From: a virus
Lineage: Duplodnaviria > Caudoviricetes
IMG/VR virus record: IMGVR_UViG_3300031741_000017
Coordinates: 1-26,366 of that record
DNA: 26,366 nt
Strand: one strand, 5' to 3'
Position 1 is the first letter of the stretch. Each line of letters opens with the position of its first letter. A program made the position numbers and the translations under genes. The notes under the pieces were generated by a model, which searched no databases, was not told where the DNA came from, and worked only from the letters and a program-made list of their open reading frames with translations. Shown here piece by piece: positions 1 through 10,100 of the stretch.

Positions 1-2
1 AT

Positions 3-635
3 GATGAATTAGGATTTAAAGGATTAGCAAATGAATTATCTGCACTTTCTGATGCACGTGTTTATGGTTGTGGTGGTACAGGTTCAGATCTTACTTCTAT
101 ATTCTTAGTTCAATGGGGTGAAAACAAAACTCATTTAGTATATCCAAAAAATATGCCAAATGCTGGTGTTCAACATGAAGACTTAGGTAAAATTCTTGTT
201 ACTGAGGAAAATGATTCTACTAATACTAAGAAGTTCCAAGCATACGTTGACTTGTTCAAAATGAAAGGTGCTTTGTGTATTTCTGATCCTAGATCAGTTG
301 CACGTATTTGTAACATAGAAACATCTTCAGCTTTAGATGCTACATCTCCGTCAACTACTTATACAATTGATCCTGCTAAAATTAGCTATGCTTTAGCTAA
401 CATGATTAATCAAGTTGGTAGTGCTAACATGGGAAGCGGTGCTGTTATCTATGCTCCAAGAATAGTTTATGCTCAAATGCAAGTTTACGCTTTAGCTAAC
501 CCTGGAAAAGGATTTATGTACAGCAACCCTTTCACTTCTGAAGGTAAAACTGTTGGTTTTGGTATGCTTTCTTATATGGGAATTCCTATCAGATTAACTG
601 AGCAAATTTCAGTTGCTGAAACAGCTTTGACATAG
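3..635 (+). CDS. major capsid protein, 5' truncated (BPP-1 Bbp17/epsilon15 gp7-like, HK97 fold)
   Basis: Frame of ORF 153..635 is open back to the window edge: DELGFKGLANELSALSDARVYGCGGTGSDLTSIFLVQWGENKTHLVYPKN; the GGTGSDxTSI-x-x-V-x-WG, DPRSVARICNI and C-terminal GIPIR...I...E motifs are typical of this capsid family; followed by a Bbp16-like gene. Confidence 0.88.
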   Translation, partial: DELGFKGLANELSALSDARVYGCGGTGSDLTSIFLVQWGENKTHLVYPKNMPNAGVQHEDLGKILVTEENDSTNTKKFQAYVDLFKMKGALCISDPRSVARICNIETSSALDATSPSTTYTIDPAKISYALANMINQVGSANMGSGAVIYAPRIVYAQMQVYALANPGKGFMYSNPFTSEGKTVGFGMLSYMGIPIRLTEQISVAETALT

Positions 636-665
636 ACTTAACAATTTAATAAATAAGGAAATATT

Positions 666-1118
666 ATGATAAATGATAAAAAATTATATTTTAGTGAAGA
701 TCAAGCAGAGACAACAGTCGCTGCACATGATTCAACTAATATAATCGACTTAGGTACGAATAAAAATGCATTCGGAACTACAAAAGAAAATAACTATGGT
801 ATTAATGCAAAAGAAGCAAACAATCTAAATATTTTATTGCCTGTAGCTTTCACTTCTAGTGGATCTGCTACTTTAGCAATCGAATTACAAGATAGTGCTG
901 ATGGCATTACTTATGCTGCTACTGAAATCAGTATCGCAGCTGTAGCTGTAGCTTCTTTAACTATTGGTAAATATTGGGTTTTCAAATTACCTAATAGTAT
1001 GAAAAGATACTTAAAAGTTGTTTACACAATAGGAGTTGCTGCTATGACAGCAGGAACTGTTACAACTTGGATTGGCGATAACTATGAGTCGAGAAATTCT
1101 GTTTCTTTAACTTCTTAG
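666..1118 (+). CDS. Bbp16-family capsid cement/decoration protein
   Basis: N-terminus MINDKKLYFSEDQA...STNIIDLG and C-terminal RYLKVVYTIG...TAGTVT match the Bbp16 pattern; directly after the capsid gene; SD-like AAGGA upstream. Confidence 0.85.
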   Translation: MINDKKLYFSEDQAETTVAAHDSTNIIDLGTNKNAFGTTKENNYGINAKEANNLNILLPVAFTSSGSATLAIELQDSADGITYAATEISIAAVAVASLTIGKYWVFKLPNSMKRYLKVVYTIGVAAMTAGTVTTWIGDNYESRNSVSLTS

Positions 1119-1126
1119 TTTTACTG

Positions 1127-1160
1127 GGGGAGGGAATAAAAACCCTCCCTATTATTTATT
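1127..1160 (+). terminator. putative intrinsic terminator after capsid/cement genes
   Basis: GGGAGGG (1128-1134) / CCCTCCC (1143-1149) perfect stem, 8-nt loop, followed by TATTATTTATT; stands out in AT-rich DNA. Confidence 0.75.
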
Positions 1161-1181
1161 AAATATAAAAAAGTATATATT

Positions 1182-1559
1182 ATGTTATTATGTATAAAAA
1201 CTTGTGTTTTAAACGGAACTAAAAGAATAATCGAAGGATCAACAGTAGAAGACTCTATTGTACCTGAATCAGCAATGGTATACTTTGAAAGTATAGCAAT
1301 TAATCCAAGAGAATTAAATAAATCATTAAGAGAAGTTTGCAATGATATATTAGAAATCAAAGAAAGATTAGGATTACTTGAATGTCCTAAGAAAGAAAAA
1401 AATAAAGTTGAAGTAAAAGAAGAATGCAATAAAGAAATATCCAACGAAAGATTTTATTTAGAATCAAAAGCAAAAGAACTTGGTGTTTCATTTTCTAACT
1501 TAATTGGTGATGAAAAACTAAAAGAAAGAATAAATAAGAAAATAGAAGAATTAAAATAG
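1182..1559 (+). CDS. hypothetical virion-associated protein with C-terminal small helical (HeH/Rho-N-like) domain
   Basis: ORF between cement and adaptor genes; C-terminal LESKAKELGVSFSNLIGDEKLKERI pattern is common at this position in phages. Confidence 0.55.
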   Translation: MLLCIKTCVLNGTKRIIEGSTVEDSIVPESAMVYFESIAINPRELNKSLREVCNDILEIKERLGLLECPKKEKNKVEVKEECNKEISNERFYLESKAKELGVSFSNLIGDEKLKERINKKIEELK

Positions 1560-1568
1560 GAAAATATA

Positions 1569-2183
1569 GTGAGTACAAAAGTAGAAATAGGAAATTTAGC
1601 TTTATATCATATAAGAAACAATGTTACAATCAATTCTTTTACAGAGGAAAGTAATGAGGCTGTTATAATTAATAATGTTTATGAGCATTGTAAAAAGATA
1701 GTCCTTGAATCTAAATCTTGGGGATTTTGTTCTACTGTAAAAGAACTAACTAGATTATCAGAAGGACAAGAAACAGTATTTCCATATTTATATGCTTATG
1801 CAGTGCCTTCTAATTGCATAAGAATAAACGATATAATAAACTATACTAGTTATATTAATTATACTGATCGAGTAAAAGTTATACCTTATGAAAAAAGAGT
1901 TAATTCTGATGCTTCTGCAACTATAATACTAACTAACGAAAAAGCACCTATTTTAAGATATAATATTAATATAACAAACAGTGAACTTTTTTCACAAATA
2001 TTCAGTGAATGTTTATCTTGGTATATAGGCTTTCAGATAGCCCCTGCTTTAACAAATGATGAAAATTTAAGACAATTATGTTTTCAAGGTTATCAATCTT
2101 CTTTACAAGCTGCAACTGTATTTGATAATAACGAAGATAACTATGTTAATTTAAATACTTGCAACTATGAGGCTTCAAGATGA
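1569..2183 (+). CDS. tail adaptor / tail tubular protein A (T7 gp11-like)
   Basis: GTG start; N-terminal TKVEIGNLAL, W-x-F and YAYAVPSNCIRI motifs; 204 aa; sits before the nozzle gene. Confidence 0.82.
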   Translation: MSTKVEIGNLALYHIRNNVTINSFTEESNEAVIINNVYEHCKKIVLESKSWGFCSTVKELTRLSEGQETVFPYLYAYAVPSNCIRINDIINYTSYINYTDRVKVIPYEKRVNSDASATIILTNEKAPILRYNINITNSELFSQIFSECLSWYIGFQIAPALTNDENLRQLCFQGYQSSLQAATVFDNNEDNYVNLNTCNYEASR

Positions 2184-4438
2184 ACTTTAACAAATTACAA
2201 CCTTCTTTTGCTGGTGGAGAATTATCACCAGAGATGTATTCAAGAATAGATTTAAATAAATACTCTATATCTTTTAAAGAAGCTAGTAATATGTTTATAC
2301 GTAAAGGTGGTGGTATATTTAACAGATTTGGTACAAAATATATAGGCGAAGTTAAAGACTCAACAAAAGAAACATACTTAAAACCTTTTATATACTCTTC
2401 TACTGATAAAATATTAATAGAATCTGGAGAAAGTTATTTTAGATATTATAAAGATGATTCAATTATAGGTGGAGGTTCACCTGTAGAAACAGTAACACCT
2501 TACATTGAAGATGACTTAGAAAAATTAAAAACAGAAAGAGTTGGAAATACAATATATATTGTAAATTCTGAATACGCTGTTAGAAAGTTAATAAGAACTA
2601 GCGATATTTCTTGGGCATTAAGTACGGTATCTTTCACGCCAACTATAACAGCACCAACAGGGGTAGCAGTAGCAGCAACAGGATCAACAGCAGTAACTAG
2701 AGCTTGGAAATATGTTATTACAACAGTAAATGATGATAACATAGAAGAAGAAAGCCTTGTAAGCAGTGTTGTTTCAGCTACAAACAATGTAGAATTAGAT
2801 TATGCTAAATATAATACTATTACATGGAATACTGTAACAGGAGCAAAAAAATACTATATCTATCAAGAAGTTGGCGGAGTTTATGCTTGGATAGGAGAAA
2901 CAACAACTTTATCTTTTATAGATACAGGATATAAATATTACATAGATGATAACCCACCAGAAAACGTTAATCCTTTTTCAGGTGCAAACAATTATCCTTC
3001 TGTAGTTGCGATGTTAAATGAAAGAATTATTTATGCTTCAACAAATAATATACCTAACGCAATTTACGCTTCAAGAGTTGGTTTATACGATAATTTCAGT
3101 ATAGGAACAACAACTCAATATAATGACGCTTTAATCTTTACATTAGCTAACGATGACGCAGCAAGAAAGGTAAATAACATACTTACTCTTAATTCTTTGA
3201 TAATAATGACTGAGGGTTCTATAAAGAGGAATGATTCAAACCCTTTAACTCCTACAAACTTATCTTTGTTTACAGAGTCCTATGATGGATCTTCTGATTT
3301 AGATTTAGCTAAAGTAGGAAATAATGTTGTATATGTACAAAATGGTAATAAGTCAGTAAGAAATTATGTTTATAGTAATGATTTAAATAGTTTTACAGGA
3401 GATGATTTAACTACATTTGCAAGCCATATATTCAAAGATGTTACTATTAAGAAAATAGCATTCCAAAGAAGACCTAATAATATACTATGGTGTGTATGTT
3501 CAGATGGAACTATAAGAACTTTAACTTTTGTTTATGAACAACAAATAATAGCCTGGACTAGACAAGAAACTGAAGGCTTATTTGAAGACGTTGTTGTATT
3601 AGGTGGAGACTTGAAAGATGAAGTTTATTTTATAGTACAAAGAAACGGAAAGAGACTTATAGAAAAGTATCAACAAGACTTTATAGAAAATACAGATATT
3701 GAGGACTCTTGGTATTTAGATTCCGCAGTAAAATTTGAGTCAACAGTAACTTCTACAACCTTAACACCTTCCGTAATAACAGGAATAGATATTACTTTTA
3801 CAGCTGGAGCAAGTATTTTTGTAGCTGGAGATGTTGGTAGAGAATTTTGGTCAGGAACTTCTAAGGCAAGAATAACAACTTATGTATCAGGAACAGATGT
3901 AATTTGTAAAATATTAAAAGATTTTACTTCTACTTCTGCAATAGCCGCTGGAGATTGGGAATTTACAACAAAAGTAATAGATGGTTTAGATCATATAGAA
4001 GGATTAACTGTAAATGTTTTAAATAATGGTAATGTTGAAGAGGGGCACGTTGTTACTTCTGGAGAAATTACTCTATACAATACAACTACAAAATGTGTAG
4101 TTGGATTACCTTATGAAAGTAAATTAACTGGTTTAGATGTATCTATATTAACACAATCTTCTTCTCAAGGAAAACCAAAAAGATTAAGTTCCGTAAAATT
4201 ATTACTTGAGAATACTAGAGGTATGAAAATAGGTACTTCTGACGATAATTTAGTTGAAATAAAACAAAGAAGATTTGAAAACTGGGGAGGTCCGACTTTA
4301 CCATTAAATGGTTGGTTTAAACAAACAGTAAAATCTAATTACGATACACAAACAAACATAATAATAAAACAAGTTTATCCTTTACCTATCACGATCAATA
4401 GTATAGTATACGACTTAACATTAGGAAGTGCAAAATGA
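2180..4438 (+). CDS. tail nozzle / tail tubular protein B (T7 gp12-like beta-propeller)
   Basis: QPSFAGGELSP...RIDL N-terminus, YPSVV...ERI, AWTRQET, GLDHIEG, VGLPYES and YPLPITI motifs; 752 aa; ATGA overlap with the adaptor gene. Confidence 0.88.
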   Translation: MNFNKLQPSFAGGELSPEMYSRIDLNKYSISFKEASNMFIRKGGGIFNRFGTKYIGEVKDSTKETYLKPFIYSSTDKILIESGESYFRYYKDDSIIGGGSPVETVTPYIEDDLEKLKTERVGNTIYIVNSEYAVRKLIRTSDISWALSTVSFTPTITAPTGVAVAATGSTAVTRAWKYVITTVNDDNIEEESLVSSVVSATNNVELDYAKYNTITWNTVTGAKKYYIYQEVGGVYAWIGETTTLSFIDTGYKYYIDDNPPENVNPFSGANNYPSVVAMLNERIIYASTNNIPNAIYASRVGLYDNFSIGTTTQYNDALIFTLANDDAARKVNNILTLNSLIIMTEGSIKRNDSNPLTPTNLSLFTESYDGSSDLDLAKVGNNVVYVQNGNKSVRNYVYSNDLNSFTGDDLTTFASHIFKDVTIKKIAFQRRPNNILWCVCSDGTIRTLTFVYEQQIIAWTRQETEGLFEDVVVLGGDLKDEVYFIVQRNGKRLIEKYQQDFIENTDIEDSWYLDSAVKFESTVTSTTLTPSVITGIDITFTAGASIFVAGDVGREFWSGTSKARITTYVSGTDVICKILKDFTSTSAIAAGDWEFTTKVIDGLDHIEGLTVNVLNNGNVEEGHVVTSGEITLYNTTTKCVVGLPYESKLTGLDVSILTQSSSQGKPKRLSSVKLLLENTRGMKIGTSDDNLVEIKQRRFENWGGPTLPLNGWFKQTVKSNYDTQTNIIIKQVYPLPITINSIVYDLTLGSAK

Positions 4439-4896
4439 AGTTTGAAACAATAGAAACAAAAAAAGAACATATAGAAGAATTATACAAATTTCTTAGAGTT
4501 GCTGATATTATAGAATTAAAAGCAATGCACGGATATGTTAGTATAGATATATTAAATGAAAGTATTTTAATGTCACAATATTACAGAACAGTTATGTATA
4601 ATGATAAAGTTGCTTGTATATATGGTTGTGTAAAGAAAGGGGAACAAGGGGTTATTTGGTTACTAGGTACTTGTTACATGAAACAAATATCAACATTCTT
4701 CTTAAAGAGATGTAGAGATGAGATAAATAGTATTTCAACAATACTTGGTTGCAAAGATTTAATTAACTATGTTTATAAGAAAAATAAATCGTCTATAAAA
4801 TGGTTAAAATGGTCAGGATTTATAGTTGATAAAAAACCTATTATTATAGGTGCTGAACAAAGAGAATTTTTATATTTTAGGAGGGAAAATGTGTAG
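4435..4896 (+). CDS. T7 gp13-like internal virion protein A (GNAT-like fold, DUF2833-like)
   Basis: LRVADIIEL, WLLGT and NYVYKKNKSSIKWLKWSGF motifs; syntenic position after the nozzle. Confidence 0.8.
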   Translation: MKFETIETKKEHIEELYKFLRVADIIELKAMHGYVSIDILNESILMSQYYRTVMYNDKVACIYGCVKKGEQGVIWLLGTCYMKQISTFFLKRCRDEINSISTILGCKDLINYVYKKNKSSIKWLKWSGFIVDKKPIIIGAEQREFLYFRRENV

Positions 4897-5440
4897 TCCA
4901 GAAGTAGCAGGCATAATGCAGGCAGGTCAAGGTATTTCAAGTGGTGTAACTAATTATAGTAATGCTAAAGTACAACAGTCACAATTTAAATCTCAAGCAG
5001 CAGTCGAAGAAGCAAATGTAAAGATTATAGAAGGACAGGCAAAGCAAGTAGATTACAACGCACAATTATTAGAAAACAAACTAAGAACTGATTCAGAAAA
5101 CCTAAGATCTGCACAAATTACAGCAATGGGAGCAAGTGGAATATCACTAGATAGTCCTTCTTTTCAAAACATACTTAATACAACAGATACTTACGAAGCA
5201 ATAGATATAAGCCTTTTAAGACAAAGCGCAGGATATGAAAAGGCTTCTTTATTAGAACAAGCCAACCAAAAGAAACAATTATCTTATTCTTATAGTAGAA
5301 CAGCAAGAAGAATTGGTAAAAATGCAAGAACAGGAATATTGATTGATACAATAAATACTGGTGCAAATGTTTCAACTTCTTATCTTAGTAATAAAGCTCT
5401 ATATGACAAATATAATTTAAACAAAACAAAAAAGGGATAG
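4889..5440 (+). CDS. internal virion (ejection) protein B, gp14-like
   Basis: Likely true start is ATG 4889 (MCSPEVAG..., GGAGGG SD upstream), in frame with ORF 4850..5440; Ala/Gln-rich with Q-x-x-A-x-GASGI motif. Confidence 0.78.
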   Translation: MCSPEVAGIMQAGQGISSGVTNYSNAKVQQSQFKSQAAVEEANVKIIEGQAKQVDYNAQLLENKLRTDSENLRSAQITAMGASGISLDSPSFQNILNTTDTYEAIDISLLRQSAGYEKASLLEQANQKKQLSYSYSRTARRIGKNARTGILIDTINTGANVSTSYLSNKALYDKYNLNKTKKG

Positions 5441-5443
5441 TAA

Positions 5444-7120
5444 ATGCAAGTTCCATTAGCTTCACAAAGAATTAATTCAGTATCCAGACCAAACACACCT
5501 TTAGCTATAAATACAACTGGTACAGAAACACAAGCTTTACTAAACAGACCAGATTTAGGAAAAGCAATTACTGGTGCTGGATCAAAAGTACAAGATATTT
5601 TACAGAAGCGTGAACTTGTAAAGATGAAAGAACAAAATGACATACTTATAAATGATAGTAAAAGTAGTTTGTTAAATTCAACTAATACTTTTCTAAGTGA
5701 TCCAAAAGATGGAGTTTTAAACAGAAGATTACAAGGATCTATGGGAAGCACAAAAGAAACTCAAGACTTCTTAGATAATCAAAAGATAGCCTTAAGTTCT
5801 GATTTAAGCAGTCCTTACGCAATGAATCAGTTTAATGCTTGGTTTGACCAACATTCAAATACAACATTAAATACAGTTGCTAAATATGAAAATAAACAAA
5901 TAGGTGAAGCAGACAACAATTCAAGAGTTCTTGTAAGACAAGGCACTATTCAAGCTGCATCTTTAATGCCAGATGATTTACAAAGCGTTGATAGCTATTA
6001 TGAACAAGGTTTAGGTGCAATTAAAGAAGATGGAGACGAAGCTTTAAATAAACAATCCTTTAATGATGATTACTATTCTGCCGTTATTCTTAGTGGTGTT
6101 GATGATAGTGCTAAGAACAGTAAGATGCGTTTTGATAAATATGAAGAAAAATTAACCCCAAAGATAAGAGAAACACTAAGACAAAGAATAAGCAAATCTG
6201 TAAAAGACCAAAGAGAAGTTAATATTGCTCAAGAAGCTTTTAATAAATTCAGTACTGCTTCTGATCTAGCTTATCAAGAAATTGATAAAATGACAGAAGA
6301 CCAAGAAGTAAGAAAAAAAGCTAGAAGTAATTATAACACTTTAAGAAATCAAGAAGAGATAATTAAGAAAGAAAGTGTTATTGCTGCTACTGATAACTTG
6401 ATGAAAGATTTACAAAACAGATTAAAGACTAATACACTCAACCAAAATCTTAATTTACTTAATGCTGAAATAGAAAAAAAGATTTCTGGAACTGGTGGAG
6501 TATTACTTGGAGAAAATTTTTATCCAGATAATATAATAGAAAGTGTAGAATATACTTTAGAAAATCCAGAAAAAGCGTTCAAGATAACAGATATAGAAGG
6601 TTCAGGAAAATACAAAGAAGCTTTACTTGATGGATCTATAAAAGATAAGAATGACTTATTAGGATATTTACCATACCTAAGCCCTATTGATAAAAAGAGA
6701 GCTGAATCAGAAATAAAGATTAATAGCGGAGATTATGCTACTGCTGAATTTGGTGTTAATCCTAAAAATGTTGATGAATCATATAAGAGCATGACAGGTT
6801 GGGGTGGAAATTGGTTTGGTTCAAAAAGTGATTTACTAGGAACAAATTATAAAGATGATAACTACCATGATTTTACTAACTTTGTTTATGAACAATCAAA
6901 AGATAGAAAAGATTTAAGTGTAAAAGACTACAATGATTATGCGTCATCTTATTTTGGTAAGAAAGTAGACGAACAAAAACAAAAGAACATTAAAATAGTT
7001 GGAGAAGCTTATAATAAACCTATACAACCTAAGGTTAATTATATTGAAGGAACAATCGCTACTAACCCTACAACAGGGGAAAAACTAATTAGAAGGAATG
7101 GTACATGGATAAAACAGTAG
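5444..7120 (+). CDS. internal virion (ejection) protein C, gp15-like
   Basis: 558 aa, helical composition, between gp14-like and giant protein; C-terminal GTIATNPTTGEKLIRRNGTW hairpin motif. Confidence 0.65.
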   Translation: MQVPLASQRINSVSRPNTPLAINTTGTETQALLNRPDLGKAITGAGSKVQDILQKRELVKMKEQNDILINDSKSSLLNSTNTFLSDPKDGVLNRRLQGSMGSTKETQDFLDNQKIALSSDLSSPYAMNQFNAWFDQHSNTTLNTVAKYENKQIGEADNNSRVLVRQGTIQAASLMPDDLQSVDSYYEQGLGAIKEDGDEALNKQSFNDDYYSAVILSGVDDSAKNSKMRFDKYEEKLTPKIRETLRQRISKSVKDQREVNIAQEAFNKFSTASDLAYQEIDKMTEDQEVRKKARSNYNTLRNQEEIIKKESVIAATDNLMKDLQNRLKTNTLNQNLNLLNAEIEKKISGTGGVLLGENFYPDNIIESVEYTLENPEKAFKITDIEGSGKYKEALLDGSIKDKNDLLGYLPYLSPIDKKRAESEIKINSGDYATAEFGVNPKNVDESYKSMTGWGGNWFGSKSDLLGTNYKDDNYHDFTNFVYEQSKDRKDLSVKDYNDYASSYFGKKVDEQKQKNIKIVGEAYNKPIQPKVNYIEGTIATNPTTGEKLIRRNGTWIKQ

Positions 7121-10100
7121 AGTTACCTCAAGGGTTTACAGTAGAAGAACAAAGCTATAAAGATTTACCTCAAGGATTTGAGATTGATAATAGTTTTAAT
7201 TCTCCACAACTTCAAGGTATAAATAATGCTGAATTTAAAACATCTGATGAAGTACCTGAAATAAACAATAATGATTGGTTGGGTCAAGTTGCTACTCCTG
7301 AAAAGATAAACGAATGGAAATCTAAAGGTGAAATAGGCATGATTGAAGCTTATGAAAGACTAGATAAGTGGGAAATGATACCTTACCTTAATGCTAAAAC
7401 TGTGCCAGAAGACTTAAGAATAGTTAAATTAATGGGTAGAGCTTCTAATAATGAAGACTTAACAGATCAAGAGAGGTCAGATTTAACTGAATTTATAAAT
7501 GATTATTCTGAAATACAGGCAAGAGGATATACACTAGGTGGTAAAATAACTAATGCAGGACTTCAAACATTACCATATATGGTAGAAACTGGGGTTGCCT
7601 TAGCTACAATTGGAATTTCCGCTGGAGCTACAGTTGCAAAAACAGGAGCAAAAGCTGGTGTGAAAGCTAGTGTAAAAGCAGGTGCAAAAGCTATAGCAAA
7701 AAAAAGTCCTAAATATGTTGCTGGAACCACTGTTTTAATGTTACCACAAACAGCAAGAAACTACGCACAAAGAAAAATAAACAATTCTATAGGTATAACA
7801 GACAAAGGACAAGTATATATTCAAGACGCTATAGAAAAACCAGCAACAACTTTGATGAAAGCTTATTTCGATACTCAAATAGAAACTGCAACAGAAGCAT
7901 TTGGCGGAATGGCTATAAGACCTATCACAGGTAGAATATCTAAAACAATTGGTAAAGCTACACCTAAATTAATAAAAGAAGGCTTAGACAAGCTAGGAAG
8001 GACAACAATAGGAAAAGGAGTAGGTGGATTGATTGCAAGAAGAGATAAAATAGGTTTTAATGGTTTTCTTGAGGAAATGGGAGAGGAAAGAATATCTGAT
8101 TTACTTAAGACAACTTTTGATCTTGACCAAGAAGAAGGTTACTCTTTTGAACAATATGGAAAAGCTATTTTCCCTGGATGGGAGAATTTACTAGTTGAAG
8201 CTGGAGTTATAGGAATACAAGGTGCAGGAAGCAATGTTGCTATGACACTTGCAGGAAAGCTAAAAAGCAAAGGTGTTACTGATAACGATATTTTAAACAT
8301 CAATGAAACCACAAGCGAACTTGAAAAAGAAAAGATGCTTGAAAGATTCACAACACAAGAGAAAGGTGGACTAGATCAATTCCTTACTGTTCCTGAAAAT
8401 AAAAAAGCATTTGAACAAGTAAGAACAAAAGTTTTAGATCAAGTAAAAGAATCAGTACCACAAGAACAAGCCGAAGTATTTGCTGATTTAGTATCTGCTA
8501 ATGCGTTTGCTATGAGTAATGTATACGGCGAAAGTATAACAGAATACGCAGATAAAACTTTACCTAGTGTTGAAAGTGAAGTAAACAAAGAAATCTTATT
8601 TGAAGATAAAGAAGTTTATAATCAAAAAGGTATTGTTAAAACAGAAAGCCCACAATTCAAAGAATGGTTCAGAGACTCAAAGGTTGTTGATAAGAAAGGA
8701 GGGCCTCTAGTTGTTTATCATGGCACAGATAGTAAGTTTGATACTTTCGATTTATCTAAATTGGGTTTTTCAACAGATAGTAAATCAGCTAAAAAAGGAA
8801 TTTTCTTCACTTCTGATAGAGATGTTGCTGAATCGTATTCTAAATTTTCAGTGCAAGGTGCTGTAATAGATAGACATATTAAATTAGTTTATGAATTAGA
8901 GCGAGCTGGAAAGTTTGATGAAGCATCTAGGTTAAATGAGGAAACAGAAAGATTGGAGCAAACTCTATTATCAGAGGAAGCAAAAGGAGAAATAGTAGAA
9001 AGTTATATTTCACTTAAAAATCCAATTATATTTAATGCAAAAGAATCAAGATTTAACGATATAAGAGATAAACTAAACGACACACTAGATACTGCTAAAA
9101 AGAGTGGAAACGATGGTGTGATAATAAAGGACTTAATAGATAGTGCTGATTTTTATGATAATATAGTATCAGACCATTTTATAGTATTTAATCCAAACCA
9201 AATAAAATCTGTAGACAACAAAGGAACATTTAGCAAGACAGATGATAATATCTACAACCAAGACATAAAAGGACAAATTAACCTTACAAACAACAAAATA
9301 AAACTATTTGAATCTGCTGATCCAAGTACAATATTTCATGAAGCAGGACATTTATTTATAAACGAATTACAGAAATCAGTACAGAGAACAGGTAATCCAA
9401 AAGCAATACAAGACTGGAATACATTAAAAGATACATACGGATTCACAGAGAACTCCACCAGAGAACAAAACAGAGATTCAGTAGAAAAGATGGCTAGAGC
9501 CTTTGAAAGTTATCTCATGGAAGGAACAGCCCCAACAACTGCTTTATCAAGAGCATTTTCAAGATTGAAACAATGGTTATCTAAAATTTACAAAAGTGTA
9601 AACACTCTTGGAGTTGAAATTGATGATAATGTTAGAGAAGTATTTAATAGTTTACTTGGTGGAAAAGACGTAAGAACACAAATAAGTGATGAATGGAACT
9701 CTTTAGTAGAAGAAACAAGAAACTTAAAAGATTCTGATAATATAGGAAGATTAAAGGCAAGACTTACATTTAATATAGAGAAATCAAGATTAAAGATAAA
9801 TGATAAACTTAGATTTATTTCTAATGTTAATAGTACTATGAATTTGAATACTCTAAAAAATGCAGTACGCACTATAGACTCACAAATTAATAAAGCAATA
9901 GAAAGTTTACAAAAAGAAGAGTTTGATATAAAGATTCAAAAAGAATTAAGAACAACAAAAAATACCACTGATAAAGGAATATCTGCTGGTAAGTATGACT
10001 ATAATACAAATAAGTTTTTCACTAATCTAAGAGAATTAAACAAACTTAATCAAAAAGAAGCTTCACAAGAACTTAAAGTTTATAGTTTAGAAAATGAAAT

